DNA of 64,000 nucleotides from Azolla caroliniana (GCA_043228905.1 JBHGNT010000020.1:14942001-15006000), one strand, 5' to 3'. Positions 40,021 through 54,222 are shown, counted from the first letter of the stretch. The notes: a model not told the origin generated them from the letters alone. Numbers and translations are program-made.

Positions 40021-40278
40021 CTATAATGATTAATTAGTTCTTTTGAATTTCTTTTAATGTTTGACTTACAGTTTTGATGTGGCAATTCTTCCTTTGATGT
40101 GGCAATTCTTCCTTTTCCTTTCTTCGTTGCATCGTTCATCCACCTACTATGATTTATTATTCCCCTTATAAATGAATGAAAAGTCCAAGCTAGATTTATA
40201 GACCCTACTATATATAATCACTCTTCGAATGCCACTTACCTTGTACCCCATAGATCGCACTAACCCTCCAATACCACA

Positions 40279-43200
40279 ATGGCGGCGGCGCTTTCTTGTC
40301 GTGTGTGGATCATGAATATCCTCCCCTTTCCGTACTTCATTCTGGGCATCACACTTCTCCAGATACTCCCCTCCACCCTGGCTCAAGAATCCGGTGGGTG
40401 CCTTTGTTTTTTTTGGTATGTAGGAGCTGATGTGATTAATATCGTAATATGCTGAAAATTGCTTGATTTCGCTAGGGTTTTTGAGCATCAATTGTGGGTC
40501 CTCGGCCACAGACAACTACGTCAACCCTTCCACTATGATCCAATGGCAGCCAGATGCCGTGATTTGGCCAGAAATCGGAGATTGGTCCGCCACCGCTAGC
40601 GTGAGCCCGCCTGCATCCATGGCAGACCAGACCCAATATGCCACTCTGCGCTATTTCCCCACTACTAGTAAGGCCCTGAATCAGAGCAAGTTCTGCTACA
40701 CCCTAGATGCCGTTGCCGGCAGCTATTACTTGATTCGTGCCTCCTTCTGGTTGGGCCTGAAGCAGTTGTACCCAACGCGCGCGAGCGGGCAGATCAGGTT
40801 CCGTGTGATAGTGGACAGTTATGAAGGCGTAGAGATTGTGATTAATGTACCTCAGAGAAATCCGTGGTTCGAAGAGATGTACGTCGGTGCGCAGAGTGGA
40901 AGGTCGAGCGTGTCTGTATGTCTTTCCACAGCATCCGACAGCAGTGACGTCCCGTTCATAAACTCTCTGGAGTTGCGTCCTCTGCCGTCCACAATGAAAC
41001 CCGTAGAAATGATGAAGAGTACAAATTATGCGCTACGCACTGTCTGGCGAGAGGACTCGGGTGCCTTGTCTACAGTTCCGCCGATCTTAAGGTGAGTAGT
41101 AGTTATCTGAAATCATACACTGGGATAAGCAGCTGGGAAGATTAATTCACCCCTCCCATCCTATTTCATGTGCTCTCCAGGTATCCCAATGATACCATTG
41201 ATAGGTTCTGGTGGAGATTCAATTCTGGTGTAAACACATTCTGGACTATTGACCCGGTGGATAACAGGACTTCTTATGATTTTCCTCCAGTGGCGGTGAT
41301 GCAAACCAATTTCATCAACAACACTATCATCTTGAACCCAAGTACTCAAGCATCATCATCCGATGTGTTGACGGCTAGCACACTCTACGGAAGCCACTAC
41401 TATTTCATGGTATTATGGTTTGTCGAGTTCAATCCAAATGTTAACACCTCTGGACAGAGAGTGTTCAATGTCGCCATCAATGGGAAAGACTTTACCAACA
41501 ATATCGACATCTACCGAACTGTTGGCGCCAAAGCAGCTCTTGAGCTCTACAGCCCGACAGATAGGCCATTGGGGCCTTATGTAGACCAATTCGTAATTCA
41601 GTTTAAGCCTTCGTCCACCTCTGATTACAATCCTAGCTTGGCCGCAGCCGAGATCTTGCAGCTGTTCGACAACCCCATGAACACCACCACCTCCTCGTCT
41701 GACAGTACGTCACACTATTCCAATGAATTCCGCTCCCTAAACAAAATGCCACTCGTCAATAACTTCTTCATTGTGCATATAATTTGATGTAGTTCTCGCT
41801 ATACAAGATTTGATCACAAGCAGCCTGCCAGCTTTACAAAGATTTATTGGGGACCCATGCTTACCGCTGCCATACAAGTACCCGTGGATCAATTGTGATA
41901 ATTCGAACCAAAATCTACCGGCTAGAGTAACATCTATGTGCGTCTGATCAGTTATAAACATCTATGTGCATATGTACATGCCGATTGCAAGCCATCCTCT
42001 TTGATAGTGATACAAAAATGTGTTTATTAACTTCAGATTGATGTTCTAATTTGTTTGATATATAATTCATGCAGCTCCTTACCTGGCTATAGTCTAGTGG
42101 GGACGCTTGCAAGCAGCATCAGCAACTTGGATCAACTTGTCACACTGTAAGACCAGTTTATTTCTGATGATAGCACGTTAATTGATATTAGTAACATAAT
42201 CATTTCACTGACGACACTTTTTTGACTACTAGTATCAACGTCGGCATCATATATTACATCACCGCCAGTGTAAAATCATGGCTTCATCAAGTTTTCATTA
42301 AACTTGCACTGAAAAGTTACCACCAGAATTGGAAGACAATGAGGATCGAAACCAGTATATGTGTAGAGCACATCATTATGAAGTTATGCATGTGCACGTG
42401 AAATGTGAGTGGAACCACCGAGGAGCTGGACCTCAAAGCATGTAGAGTTGAGTCTTCAATGTACAATGTTTGAGGATGTCCTTGTTTTTCAAGTTTTGTC
42501 GCTTCCCTGACTTTCTCTTTGTTTCGTTAATCCCATCGTTATCCTTGATATCATCAACGTGAAATATTCGTTGGTTGTTCTTTCACATTGGCTTCAACAA
42601 CCATGTAGTGTAAAATGCTGGTCCATGTGCAGTGTGAGGAGACCCTTCTAACCTCTTTGTTGAACTCGTTGTGTGAATACCTTTCTCATGTAGTTAGTGC
42701 ACAAAGACCGAGACAAACACTCCAAGAAGGCGAACACTCGCTAGTCCGTTGTCGCATTAGTCTTCTCACTCTCCCACTCTGCCGTGATGGTTTGGGAGCA
42801 TTAGCACACGAGATGAGTCTCAATACATTTGAGTAGCACAATGCACAAGATTAAGGCAAGATGACCTCACATTTAGACCTAGACACTAATTTATACAAGA
42901 AATCTCTTTATAAGGTAGAGTTTATCAACCACTACCCAAATGACAACATGGCGCCTTTTCAGGTGAGAGGAAAGGCTAACAGTAAAATCCCTAGATATGC
43001 TTCCCTATTGATTGTTGGCAATGTGTAAGGGATGTAGAAGTCTTGCAACTTTAAGTTACATGGCTTTGTTTTCTTGACATTTGTGGCATTGAGTCACATA
43101 ATTTTGTATGACGAGACACATCAGAACCCAATAGAAATGACTAGAGGTGAGAACGAATGTGTGATGTATTCCATAGTGCCCGGCTATTTTCTTTTTTACC

Positions 43201-46200
43201 TGAAGCAAATCTGGAACATAAAGCTTCCCATTATGGTGGAGCATATCATTACCAATGTGGAAGGATCACTTCCAAGATGAGGTCATTTCTGTTGAAGTCT
43301 TAGTTCTTCTCTCGTGTTTAACAAATATTGCGATCAAGATACTTTCTTTAAAGGTGACCATAAAGATTGAATGTGATGCCCATTGTACCTTACGACCCAA
43401 AAATCCTTGTTGGTCACAAAACAAATTTTCAAGGGCTCTTGGTCCATCGCTACCACAAAATGTTTTAAGTAAAGATTGTGGTACCATGACATCAATACGT
43501 GGATAATTGCAAATAATTGTTTTCCTTGAATAGTTACTTACACTAAGTACGATCAATTTTCTTACTCTCAAATGCTATAGGTTTACCATGATTCTAGATA
43601 TGAAACACCACCTATAGCAAATCACTTGCATCGATTTCAACCTGAAAAGGTTTGGAAAGATCTAGTAAAAGATTGACCATATGGTTGCACATTCTTATCG
43701 GAAAGTGGCACCATGTCTTGGAGTAGCAAAACCAACTTGTAATGGCTCTATTGAGCACATAGACAATGTATAGGGATGTGTTCATCACCATCGGTTCAAG
43801 TGGATCTTGTAAGAATTCCACATCTAGATCAACAATCTAGGTTGACTATTTTGTAACAATCTTAGTAATATACGATTGGCAAGGAAACTAGTTTTACAAG
43901 GGCAGAAGAAGCGCAGTAAGGTGCATGACCAATATATGTAGAACTATCATCAAATTATAGAGATAAATTTAATTAAGTGTTTAGAATAGACAATGGCAAT
44001 TAACCAACCATTACTAAATTTGCCAATCTTGGGACGGTGTGCAAACATAAAAAAAGGACAACGCAAGCTTGTCAATCACTTCATAGTCAACACACTTAAG
44101 CATTACAGGTAGTTATATGATATGAAGCTCAACACACTCACAAACTCCTATGCCATAATATTTCAACTTCCCTATCATACATATTATATATATATATAAT
44201 GTCATGGATATTCCATTTCTTACAAAATGATAATAGTAAATGGGTTGTAATATAATATCTACTAAGATGGTTGTCGCTTTATATAAATCACCCCTTTCTT
44301 GTGTTATGTATTGATTCATTGTAAATTCTTATTATAAATATAAATGCATGTCTCTAGTGTGTGTGAGTTAATATCTCTCTAGGCTTAAGTCTCACACATA
44401 TAACATATGACCACACACACATTTTACACATTTGTATTCCATCACATGGGAACTAGCATCTTGTTCTCCAAATCATGTATAAGAGCTCTCCCTCTCACTT
44501 TGGAAAGCTCTAGAAGCATAACGCCAATAGCATTTGCACTCTCTAATCGCACACTTCTTAACTCCAAGCCCTTATAAGTTCCTCATGCAAATGCATATAA
44601 TTTGGCTTCGAGGGTTCAGACTAGTAAAATCTAAGTTTCCTTTCTCTCTTCTATATCTTATTTACTTTAGAAATAAAACTAGGCAACAACCATTTTCATG
44701 AAGTGGAATCCATGACACACATTTATATCTATTAACACTAACAGAATCTTTGAGAATTATTTTCTAAATTTAATGAAGTAAATTGTGACTTATTAATTTC
44801 ATGTGATTACCCCATCAAATATATTGTAGGGATTTAAGCAATAACTCTTTGACTGGTGAAATACCTGATTCATTGTCAAATTTGCCGAAGCTAACATACC
44901 TGTAAGTATCTCAATGTTGAGTTTCTCTATCGAAATGTTAATTTATATTGCCTTTATCTATTTAAGGTTCTATTTACTTCTATGAATTGTAGCTTAATAT
45001 ATTACAACTTTTTAAATCAATTTGTAATAACTTTGCAAACAACAGAATAATGATTTACATTCTAATTAATCTACAAAAGTCTTTGTTTACTATTATGAAC
45101 CACTTAATATATTGCAATGTTTTAAAATGATTTTCTAGTAATTTAGCAAACAACAACTTTTCTGGAGTAATACCACCAACACTACTACAAAAACAAGGAC
45201 TTGATTTCAGGTATGTTGAATTTTAAGATTTATGCAAGCCAAAGAGAATATTGTGTTATTACACATAAACATGGAAAATGCTAACTTACATTTATGCTTC
45301 TCATCTATATTATACAAAATCTAATTGTAAACAAAAATAAGATGTCACTAGTGAATATGCATAGTGAAACATGGTGACTCCTAAGGTGACGGAACCGAAG
45401 TATTGTAACTTATTGACAATTTGGTAAACTCGCTATGTTGTCATGTGTATATAAATCTATCAGAAGTGAAATTGTAGTTGTAAGTATTGCCACAATCAAA
45501 TATTCATACAAATCATACATATTGATATAATCAAGCAAAATAGAGAAAAAAATCAAACAAATTCCTATCCTATATACACTTTCAAGGTGAAACAAAAGTT
45601 TCTCTTGATATGCCTTGCAAGATAAAATGACGTAAAACATAAAGCACTAAAAGAACTTCTTTTATTCAGCCTTGTACGTATTATACTTGCAAGTAGTTTT
45701 GGAGAAATTTGCAAGTAGATTTAAATTTCAATGGAGTTTTGAATGACACTATGTGTCCAAAAACATTGGAAATTATACGTTAAATTAGACTACAAGGTAA
45801 TAAGTATTAGATTAGAATGTAATCAAATTATATTTATGATTGTATTAAAGATGGAAATGTTGGAAATTGGGATGACCCAATTTTAGTACGTCACAATTTA
45901 TATAGAAGAGGACATTCATTTTGAGATGGTCATGTTTGCTCTAAAAAAGACAAAGGAAAGCATTAACGTTTAGCTCGAAATTTGGGTTTTCAGATACTAT
46001 GGAAATCCAAATTTAAATGCACCAGTAGGGAAGAAGACGAACATTGGTTTGATTATCGGAGCCACTATTGGTGCAATACTATTTATTATTTTGACAGCAA
46101 CAATTCTCTACATTGTGGTGTGGAGAAAGATTCGAACAAAGAAGTCAAATGAAAAACAATTAGTACAACCTCCAATTATTCATGTCCCATCTACACCTGC

Positions 46201-49200
46201 TTATCAAGATCCTAGTGGTATATTGCTTAATTGTCCTCAAGAGAATGTAATTCATTCATTGACAGCAATGCTTCGTTTGCGTTTTATTTTATGCTTACAA
46301 TTAATCCTAAAAAAACATTTCCAAAAGAAACTAATATCATTCAATTTTATCTACAGTTAATGTTAAGAAAGAAGAACTTTTTAAAGCGACTAATGTTAAG
46401 AAAGAGGAGCTTATTAAAGCGACTAATGTTGCAAAAGAATTTACATTTGAGGAGATCAAAATTGCGACAAATAACTTCTCCAAACTCCTTGGTCGAGGTG
46501 GATTCGGTTTGGTATATAAAGGATATCTTTCGGTTGGTTTAGATGTAGCCATTAAAATATTATCTGACACCTCAAACCAGGGACCACAAGAATTTCTCAA
46601 TGAGGTATTTAATCTCTTTTTAATTATATGTATCTACTTTCTTATGTGGAGTCCAATAGGGGCACCATCATCACGAAGCAGCAGTCATCTTAGCTTGGTT
46701 TTATTGCTATGTGTTTTCTATTGTTTCTGTTTGTTCTGTCCACTTAGTGAGACGAAGACTATTGTCAAGGTTGTGGCCTTGAGTTTTTGGTATTCCTCTA
46801 GAGTTATTTAGAGAGATTGTTGACTACTTGTACACTCACAGATAGTGAAATTTTGGTACCCAAAGGGTCCTGTGCTTTTTCCCGATTAGGGTTTTCCATG
46901 TTAAAATCTTGTGTGCTCTGCCTTCCTTTTATTACATTTCTTCCTAACCCAAATCACATCATGCTCAGTTTCTAACTAGGTTCGAATGGAGGCGAAAAAT
47001 AGTATGTTTTAGGGGATGATTATATTGAACTCCAATAATTATTCTAACTAGAAAATTGTAAAAGTATACGTGCGAAAACTTATGCGAAACACAGAATACA
47101 CATTCCGTTATTTGGAAGTATAACAATTTGATAAACACAGAGTAAGGGTGAGAGGGAGATAGAGGGACCAACCAACAAAACTTAGATTCAAAATAATCAA
47201 CCATTTGTACATACGATTGTGTTTAGTGAGCACTTTTATACAAGCCCTGACAACGGGCTGACAAAAGTACTATTCGTACTTTAATGCTCATGATTGAGCC
47301 TGACACTAACTCTGCCTATAGTATTCCTATTTACTAAAATAGAATATAGACCCCTAATGGCCTATCGAATTCCATTTGACTCGGCCAGCCGATTCAGCCC
47401 AGCACCTGATTCGGCTTTCGTCTTATTCAACTCATTAGGGCCTAGCCGATCGATTGTCTTCCAATCTGGCTCTCGGCTTCTTTAGCCGATTCACCCCATG
47501 TTGAGCTTGTCACTCAACGTGCCCATCAAGCTCAACTTGAGGTTTGTTCCTCATGTTAGCATCTGCCGGTTCTTGCACTTGGCATTTCCTAGTGTCTTAA
47601 CGCCTTGCTCACGCTCCTCGTCCAGTCCAGTATCGTATCCCATGACCCCTCTGGTCCAATGCTCCTCAACCCATCCGGTTCTGCGCTCCTCAACTTGCAT
47701 AGTCGGCTCATCTGCTCTTTAGGCCCTTTGACGCTCCCTCGTTATCGCGGCATTGGCACCCCTCAACCCATCAGTTCCTCCTTGTCAACGTCAGTTTCAA
47801 CTGCCTCCTTGTCCGCTTGGCCGACATCCGATTCGGCTTGTCTGAATCATCCCTTTCGATCTAATCAACCTTTCTCCGATTTGTTCATGCTCTTGTCCAA
47901 ATTGGTTGTCTCCAATTCGTCTCCTTCAGGCCCTTGACCACATCCGACCATCTCCTAGTCCTGGCCTTTATCTTCAAGTTGGCTCTACCCCTCTTGGCTC
48001 TACCACCTACCTTTCCTTTCTCAGTTCTGTCTCCCTCTTGTTCGGATGGCTCTGACTTCTGCTCTCCCTTTTGGCTGCCCTTCATGCATCTGGCTAGTCT
48101 ATACTTAGTCCATGTCCTTCCACTTGTCTTCTTGTTCGTCTTGTCCTTCGCTTCATCAGTCGATCTAGACGTTCTGACTCCTTCAGTCATCTTGAAATCG
48201 AATTCCACTTCGGATTCATCTTTTCGGACTACTTCATCTCTCTCCCTCTCCCTCTCGCTTCTCCCCCTCTCGCTTCTCCCCCTCAAGTTCGGCATGTCGA
48301 GGTGCTGTATACCAAGCATTCTCTCGATTTGAGGTGCTATATACCAAGCGAGTTGTTTGTTGAAGATGTTGGCCACCTGTCGATTAGTCGAAACATATCG
48401 CAGTTCCACTTTACTTGAGAGAACTCGCTCACGGAAAAAATGATAATGCAAGTCAATGTGCTTGGTCCGGGCATGGAAAATAGGGTTCTTCGCAAGTTGG
48501 ATTCTCCTAAGGTTATAGTAGTACATCATTGCCGGTTTAGACACCTCCACATTCAAATCCTTCAAGCGCCTCATAAGCCAACAAAAGGAAGGGTGTGGGT
48601 ACCACTCTAGTTGTTGAACTCCAATCCACCAGCCCTTGGACTTATGCCAATTTATCTTGGTCCCTTAAACTCTCCAAAAGCTGTTAATTAGATTTTCACA
48701 TCTGCAAAGGTTTTCTTGCATCCCATTAACAAACCACATTGTATCATTGGCAAAGGCTGATATAATCAACTCTTTATCATGCCTTAGAATCTACATGCCA
48801 TTACTCCAGGGATCAACAGCTTGTAAACTTGTTGAAAGAGATTCTGTGTATAAAATGAACAAGTACGCGGCAAGTAGGCATCCTTGCCTTAATGAACGAG
48901 TTATTTCAAAACTTGGTCCCATATTTCCAACAATTAGTACATAGCTCCTTGCAGATTTAGTTTTATCTCTTATTGGATTGTACTTCATTCTTGTCACCAT
49001 GACTAACATTATACAAATGTGTAGCTACACTAGCTTTATTTCACATTATCACATTATTTATAATCATGACCTACATTGGATATATGTCTACAAAATTTAC
49101 TTTATGATCAACATTGCATACAGGTGTGCATACATTTACTTTATTGAACACATTATTTACCATCATGACCAACATTGAATATATGTCCACTAAATTAACT

Positions 49201-50776
49201 TTATTTTTCAAAATATTATCAAGAAATAGATTCAAAAACTAAACACTCACAATTCAAAACTTTAGTAGATTCTATTGTTTGAAATGTTTCTTTATTTTTA
49301 AATTTTAGGTTACTCTTTTGTCTCGTGTTCACCACAAGAACCTTGTCGGATTTGTGGGATATTCCATCGAGAAATCACTCATATTGGTTTATGAATTTAT
49401 GTCAAATGGTTCCTTATATGATGCCCTATCGAGTAAGATAATTTATAAGTTATTTGTATTTCTATACATTTGTCCTACGGTTTAGTCTAAAACCCTTTAA
49501 TTTGAAAATTATGTTGAGATTTAATCTACTACCCTCACAATGTACCTAGGCATAATAAGTGCACATATTGAATTGATAAAAATTCAGTTCCTTAATTCAA
49601 TAATATTAGGATGTTTTAGAATGTTAATGATTTATGATAAAAGAAATGTTCATAACATTATAAGAATATCTAAAATTCACTTGATTGTATGTATGCACAT
49701 ATAACAAGGAATAATAGTATGATATGTGGCTTAATCGCTCAATATCTTAATTAAGGCTCCATCTACATTTGTCATTTGCTTCTTTAACGGTCAAAAGGAA
49801 GAAAAACATCAACGAAATTTTCATGGAATCAAAGATTACAAATTTTATTTGATGCTGCACAAGGTAATAAATTTTTAAATATTATATTAGTTTTACACTG
49901 AATATGTTTCCATATTATTGCACTGAAATATTTTTTCGAATGTAGGACTTTCATATCTACACCATGGATGTAACGTCATTCATAGAGATGTGAAAAGTAG
50001 CAATATTTTATTATCTCAAAATCTAGAAGGGAAGATGTCCGATTTTGGAATATCAAGGATCACCCACAATGATAGAAATCCTACAGCAACAAGTGTGGTT
50101 GGTAGTACGGGATACCTAGATCCAACGTAAGTTTCTATGTTCTTAAATCTTATAATATCCATATTGGACATTTAGACATCATTCATGAGCCTATTTAGAT
50201 GAAATTTCCTTATACCATTTAAGATGCTAGCAATGTCCTACTTCCATAGCATCAAGGTTTTTTTGCTAAATTTTATAATTGATACTATTTATTTCCTTAG
50301 GTATGCATACACATCAATATTGACCGAAAAGGTTGATATATATAGCTTTGGTGTGGTTCTTCTAGAAGCTATATGTGGACTACCTCCCATTATAAAAGAT
50401 AAAACCCAAAATATTGACATCCACATTGTTCAATGGGTATGATAGCTAAAACTCAAGTAATTATGCTATAATTACATATATAAATTGTGTAAATTATATG
50501 TTAAAATGTTCTTTTGCATAGGTAAAACCCTCTTATGAAAATGGAACGATTGAAGAAGTTGTTGATGAACGACTTGATAATGAATATAACGTGTCGTCAA
50601 TATGGAAAGTAGTAGAGATCGCAATGGCTTGTGTCCAGATTGAAGCAGGGAAAAGACCTACAATGGTTGATATTTGTAATGACTTGACTGAAGCTATAAG
50701 AATGGGAGAGAATTATGAATTCTCATCTAACGTCACTGGAGAAACTCTATCATATTCAAATGTGCAACCTCGATGA
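40279..50776 (+). CDS. RLK-C: malectin-like-domain LRR receptor-like kinase, B-type, apparently intact, 14 exons (three LRR exons)
   Basis: Exons 40279-40393, 40476-41091, 41181-41704, 41793-41937; LRR exons 42075-42146, 44830-44901, 45139-45210; TM 45994-46217; kinase 46357-46604, 49309-49432, ~49798-49863, ~49946-50126, 50301-50436, 50522-50776. Motifs GRGGFG, VAIK, HRD, DFG, GYLDPTY. Confidence 0.9.
42213..44545 (-). mobile_element. Intronic retroelement relics (Ty3/Gypsy RNaseH-integrase plus LTR-like sequence) in RLK-C
   Basis: Integrase H2C2 ([27 protein letters not shown], 43056-43244) and RNaseH ([13 protein letters not shown], ~43612-43670). The block is absent from the homologous RLK-B intron. 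Confidence 0.75.
46640..46950 (+). mobile_element. Copia-type LTR (U5) remnant in an RLK-C intron
   Basis: 'gtcctgtgctttttcccgattagggttttccatgttaaaatcttgtgtg' resembles the U5 motif of the LTR at 32645-32700. Confidence 0.5.
47000..48580 (-). mobile_element. Copia 3' fragment (RNaseH plus long charged 3' region)
   Basis: [49 protein letters not shown] in ORF 47885..48574. Confidence 0.8.
48600..48950 (-). mobile_element. LINE reverse transcriptase fragment
   Basis: [25 protein letters not shown] matches the LINE RT motif R.LRQGCPLSPYLF. Confidence 0.75.
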
Positions 50777-53385
50777 GGATTATGCACAAAAGTAGCAAGT
50801 TTGCTATATATACATGCATATAATCAATCAACACATAAAAATTGTCTTTTTAGTATTACTTCTTACTAGTAATGTTGTTTTGCACTTCAACTAATAAAAC
50901 TATCTATGATTGAGAGCAAATTTCTAGTGTTTTATCTGATATAAAAACATGTGATCAACATTATATAATACATGCTTCGATTGATTGTATTAAATTAAGT
51001 AAGATCATAAATATACAAGAATCAATTTATTAAGCTTGACTTATGTGATATGTATATAGATTGTATCGATATCATTGTTTCAAATTATGTTATAGTATTT
51101 GATGTCTTCTTGAGAGTACATATACATGCATCAACAATATAATATCCACCAGTTAATGAATCTTCTACTTAAATGGATGGGTTTTCAAGCTAAAATTCAC
51201 GACGAAAAAATGAGGAGTTTTTGTTAATAATGCTCAAAACCCCTATATTAGCATTTAGAAAGACTCTTAATCATAGTACGTAAAATTCGTGTTATTTGCC
51301 ATAACGTTCATTTTCATACGTTGTAAAACGAATGCAAATGTTATTCAAACATTCATGTGTTTTTTTAAAAGTTTTTTTTCCCTTTTAAAATTTTTTCTAT
51401 TGTTCTTTTAGTTTTTTTCCCCTTTTCCTCTACACATCAACGCTACGCTAAGACCCTCTCCTCTCCCATCCAGCCTTGAACGATTTGTTGCTTGAGCCTT
51501 GCATAGTGCATACTAGTGATTGCATATCTTCTCCCGCCATTAATTTCTGCATACCAACGAGATACCAAGTTGCCCTCCTCTCCCATTCAGGTATGTTTAG
51601 GGTTAATAATAGGGTTTAAAGTTTAAAGTTTTAAATTTTAGGTCATAATACATAGTATGTAGTACATAAATTTCTATAATTTTTCTATAGTTTTTGTAAT
51701 TTTTTATTATTTTTAAAATTTTTAAATTTTTTTTGTAATTATTGTAATTTCTTTGCCATTTTTTAAATTTTTCTATAATTTCTTTGTAATTGCTCTATAA
51801 TTTCGGTAAGTTTTCTGTAATTGATGAGATTGCCCAAGATGAGGATGATGATTTTGAAGATGATGATATCAACTTAAATGAAATCCTAAATTGTCAATAA
51901 TATGCACAATAGATTTATGGAAACTTTATCTAGGTTGTTAATAATTAGGTAATTAACTAGGGTTAATTAGTATCTAATTATGTGAGTAGTTAATAAGCAG
52001 AAGATTATGTGATATGTGTGCATATGTGTGTGAGACTAATAGAGAGAGAAGTTACACTTATGAACAATACTATAAATGGGGGATGATTAACAAGAGTGTA
52101 GCTAAAGACCTTACCTCGCTATATTAATTAGCATCATCAAATACACAAATACCCACAATGAGGTATATATATACATCTCATGTGCAAAGTTGCACTTGTG
52201 TGAGTAGAATATAGGTCTAACCTATTCCGCTGCACAAAATCATACCACGATTCTTTACATCGTATCTAAGCGTTTTGGTAGCTCGATCTAACTCATCCGC
52301 ATGTCTTGTTTCTATGCCGACGTTCAAGAAGAACCGGCTCATCGCTATTGTAGTGCGACTACGTAGCTCGTGTTCGAGAAAGAAGGAAAAGAAGGAAGAA
52401 ATCTTCATCGACATAATGAATACTCAAATGGCGAGCACTCTCCCTAGCAAGAGGTTGGACCAAAACAACGTTGCATCTTGGGAGTACAAGATGCACCAAT
52501 ACCTTTTCGGTCAAGGTTATTGGAGCTACATCAAAGGAGCACAAGAAAATCAACCCGACCCAAAGGACGCCGACTACTGAACATGGGAGCAAGTGGCGAA
52601 TCGAGTAATGTATTGCTTGGTGACATGTTTTCATGACCACATGCTCGGCTACATTCGAGAAGCCGAGACGCTGAAGGAAGCATGGGAGAATCTTAGGAAG
52701 ATTTTCACGGCCAACACAACCACAAGAAAGCTTCAACTCCACCAAGAGTTGAATAATATCCAACAAAGAGTTATGTCCATCACAAGCTACACCTTGAAGA
52801 TCAAGGAGCTTTGTGACTCACTCGGCTCAAATAAGCATCAATGTGGATGATGATGAGATGGTGCAAATATCCCTCGGCGGCCTCGCACCACGATTCGGCA
52901 CATCAACAATGTTCCATTCGAAAAAGAAGGTAACCAAACTTACATTAAGAATGTCTTGCATGTACTAACCATTACAAAGAATTTGGTCTTCGTCGGCCAA
53001 ATTGTTGAGAAAGCGATGCAAGTTCGATTTAATCAAGGTGGTTGCTTCATCGCAAAAGAGGGTTGACTCATTGCTGGCAGACGAAGAGAGGGCGGAATGT
53101 TCATTCTCGACTCGCACGAGATGAAATCGGCCATGTTTGCAAAAGGCACCAAAGCCGACACTGACATAGAGTTATGGCACAAGCGGATTGGCCACATCAA
53201 CCTCCAAAAACTCAAGGGAATGCAATCAAAAGGATTCTTCATCGGGCTCCCGATCTTCAAAGAGAAGGAGATTGAAGGCGTATGTGCAGCTTACCAATTT
53301 AGCAAGCAACATCGACACATGTTTTTGAATGAGAGGAACGTAAGCAAAGGTGTACTCGATGTAATTCATTCCAATGTATGGGGAC

Positions 53386-54206
53386 CATGGTTGTTTACGT
53401 ACCCGTATTTAACGTTTAAATACGTATAGTACCTCATCATTTGTATAGTACGTACTATACCTCAATGTTGTTTAGTCAAATATCATGCACATTTGTCCAA
53501 TTCAGTATTTAACGTATTTATAAAAAAACAGGTATAATACGTATTTATAAAGAAAATGTAAGTAAAAACCTAACAAAAAGCAAAGGAAAAAAAAGATTTT
53601 AGTGAAAAAGAAGCCAAAGGATGGAAGAAAGAAGAATAGAAGAGACGACGATGAAGAAGATGAAGAAGAGAGAAAAGAAGACATAAACGTGTCTTGAGTG
53701 TGATAATCGCAGAAGATAGAAGAAGAAGAAGAAGAAGATGAAAACGAAGAAAAGAGAAACCTATCATGAGTGTGATAATCGTAGACGATTCCTCAATCTA
53801 TGAAGGCATAATTGTAAATAATTACAATTTGAAGTAGAACCTCGAGATACACACTTACATTGATTTATAGAATAAGGGAATGTCGACATCCATATTACTA
53901 CAAGTATTTTAGGATGTGAAATATTCAAATGTCTATGCATTTTAGGATGTAGAACTATATTGTACATCTCAAAATTGTGTAAACATAGATGTTTTTTACA
54001 ATATTATAGATATTTTTTAGAAAGGTAAATAATTTTCAAATTCTAGAAATATTTAACGTACTATACGTAAAATACGTAAAATACGTATTTTATAAGTATT
54101 TAACATATTAAGAAAACGTATTTTTAAATTGGGAGGTACTATACGGGTATTAATACGTTAAATATGTATGGTATCCGTACCGTACCTAACGTACCTAACA
54201 ACCTTG
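53386..54206. mobile_element. Non-autonomous hAT-superfamily DNA transposon (821 bp) nested in the Copia integrase
   Basis: Perfect 8-bp TSD ATGGGGAC (53378-53385 and 54207-54214). TIRs CATGGTTGTT / AACAACCTTG. Dense subterminal TACGTA/CCGTA motifs at both ends. No transposase. Confidence 0.9.
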
Positions 54207-54222
54207 ATGGGGACCAATTCAA

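Noticed and set aside
51200-51830. AT-rich stretch with tagggttt motifs, possibly telomeric or a DNA-transposon end
   Set aside because: Only isolated motifs are present; no array, TIR pair or TSD could be established.
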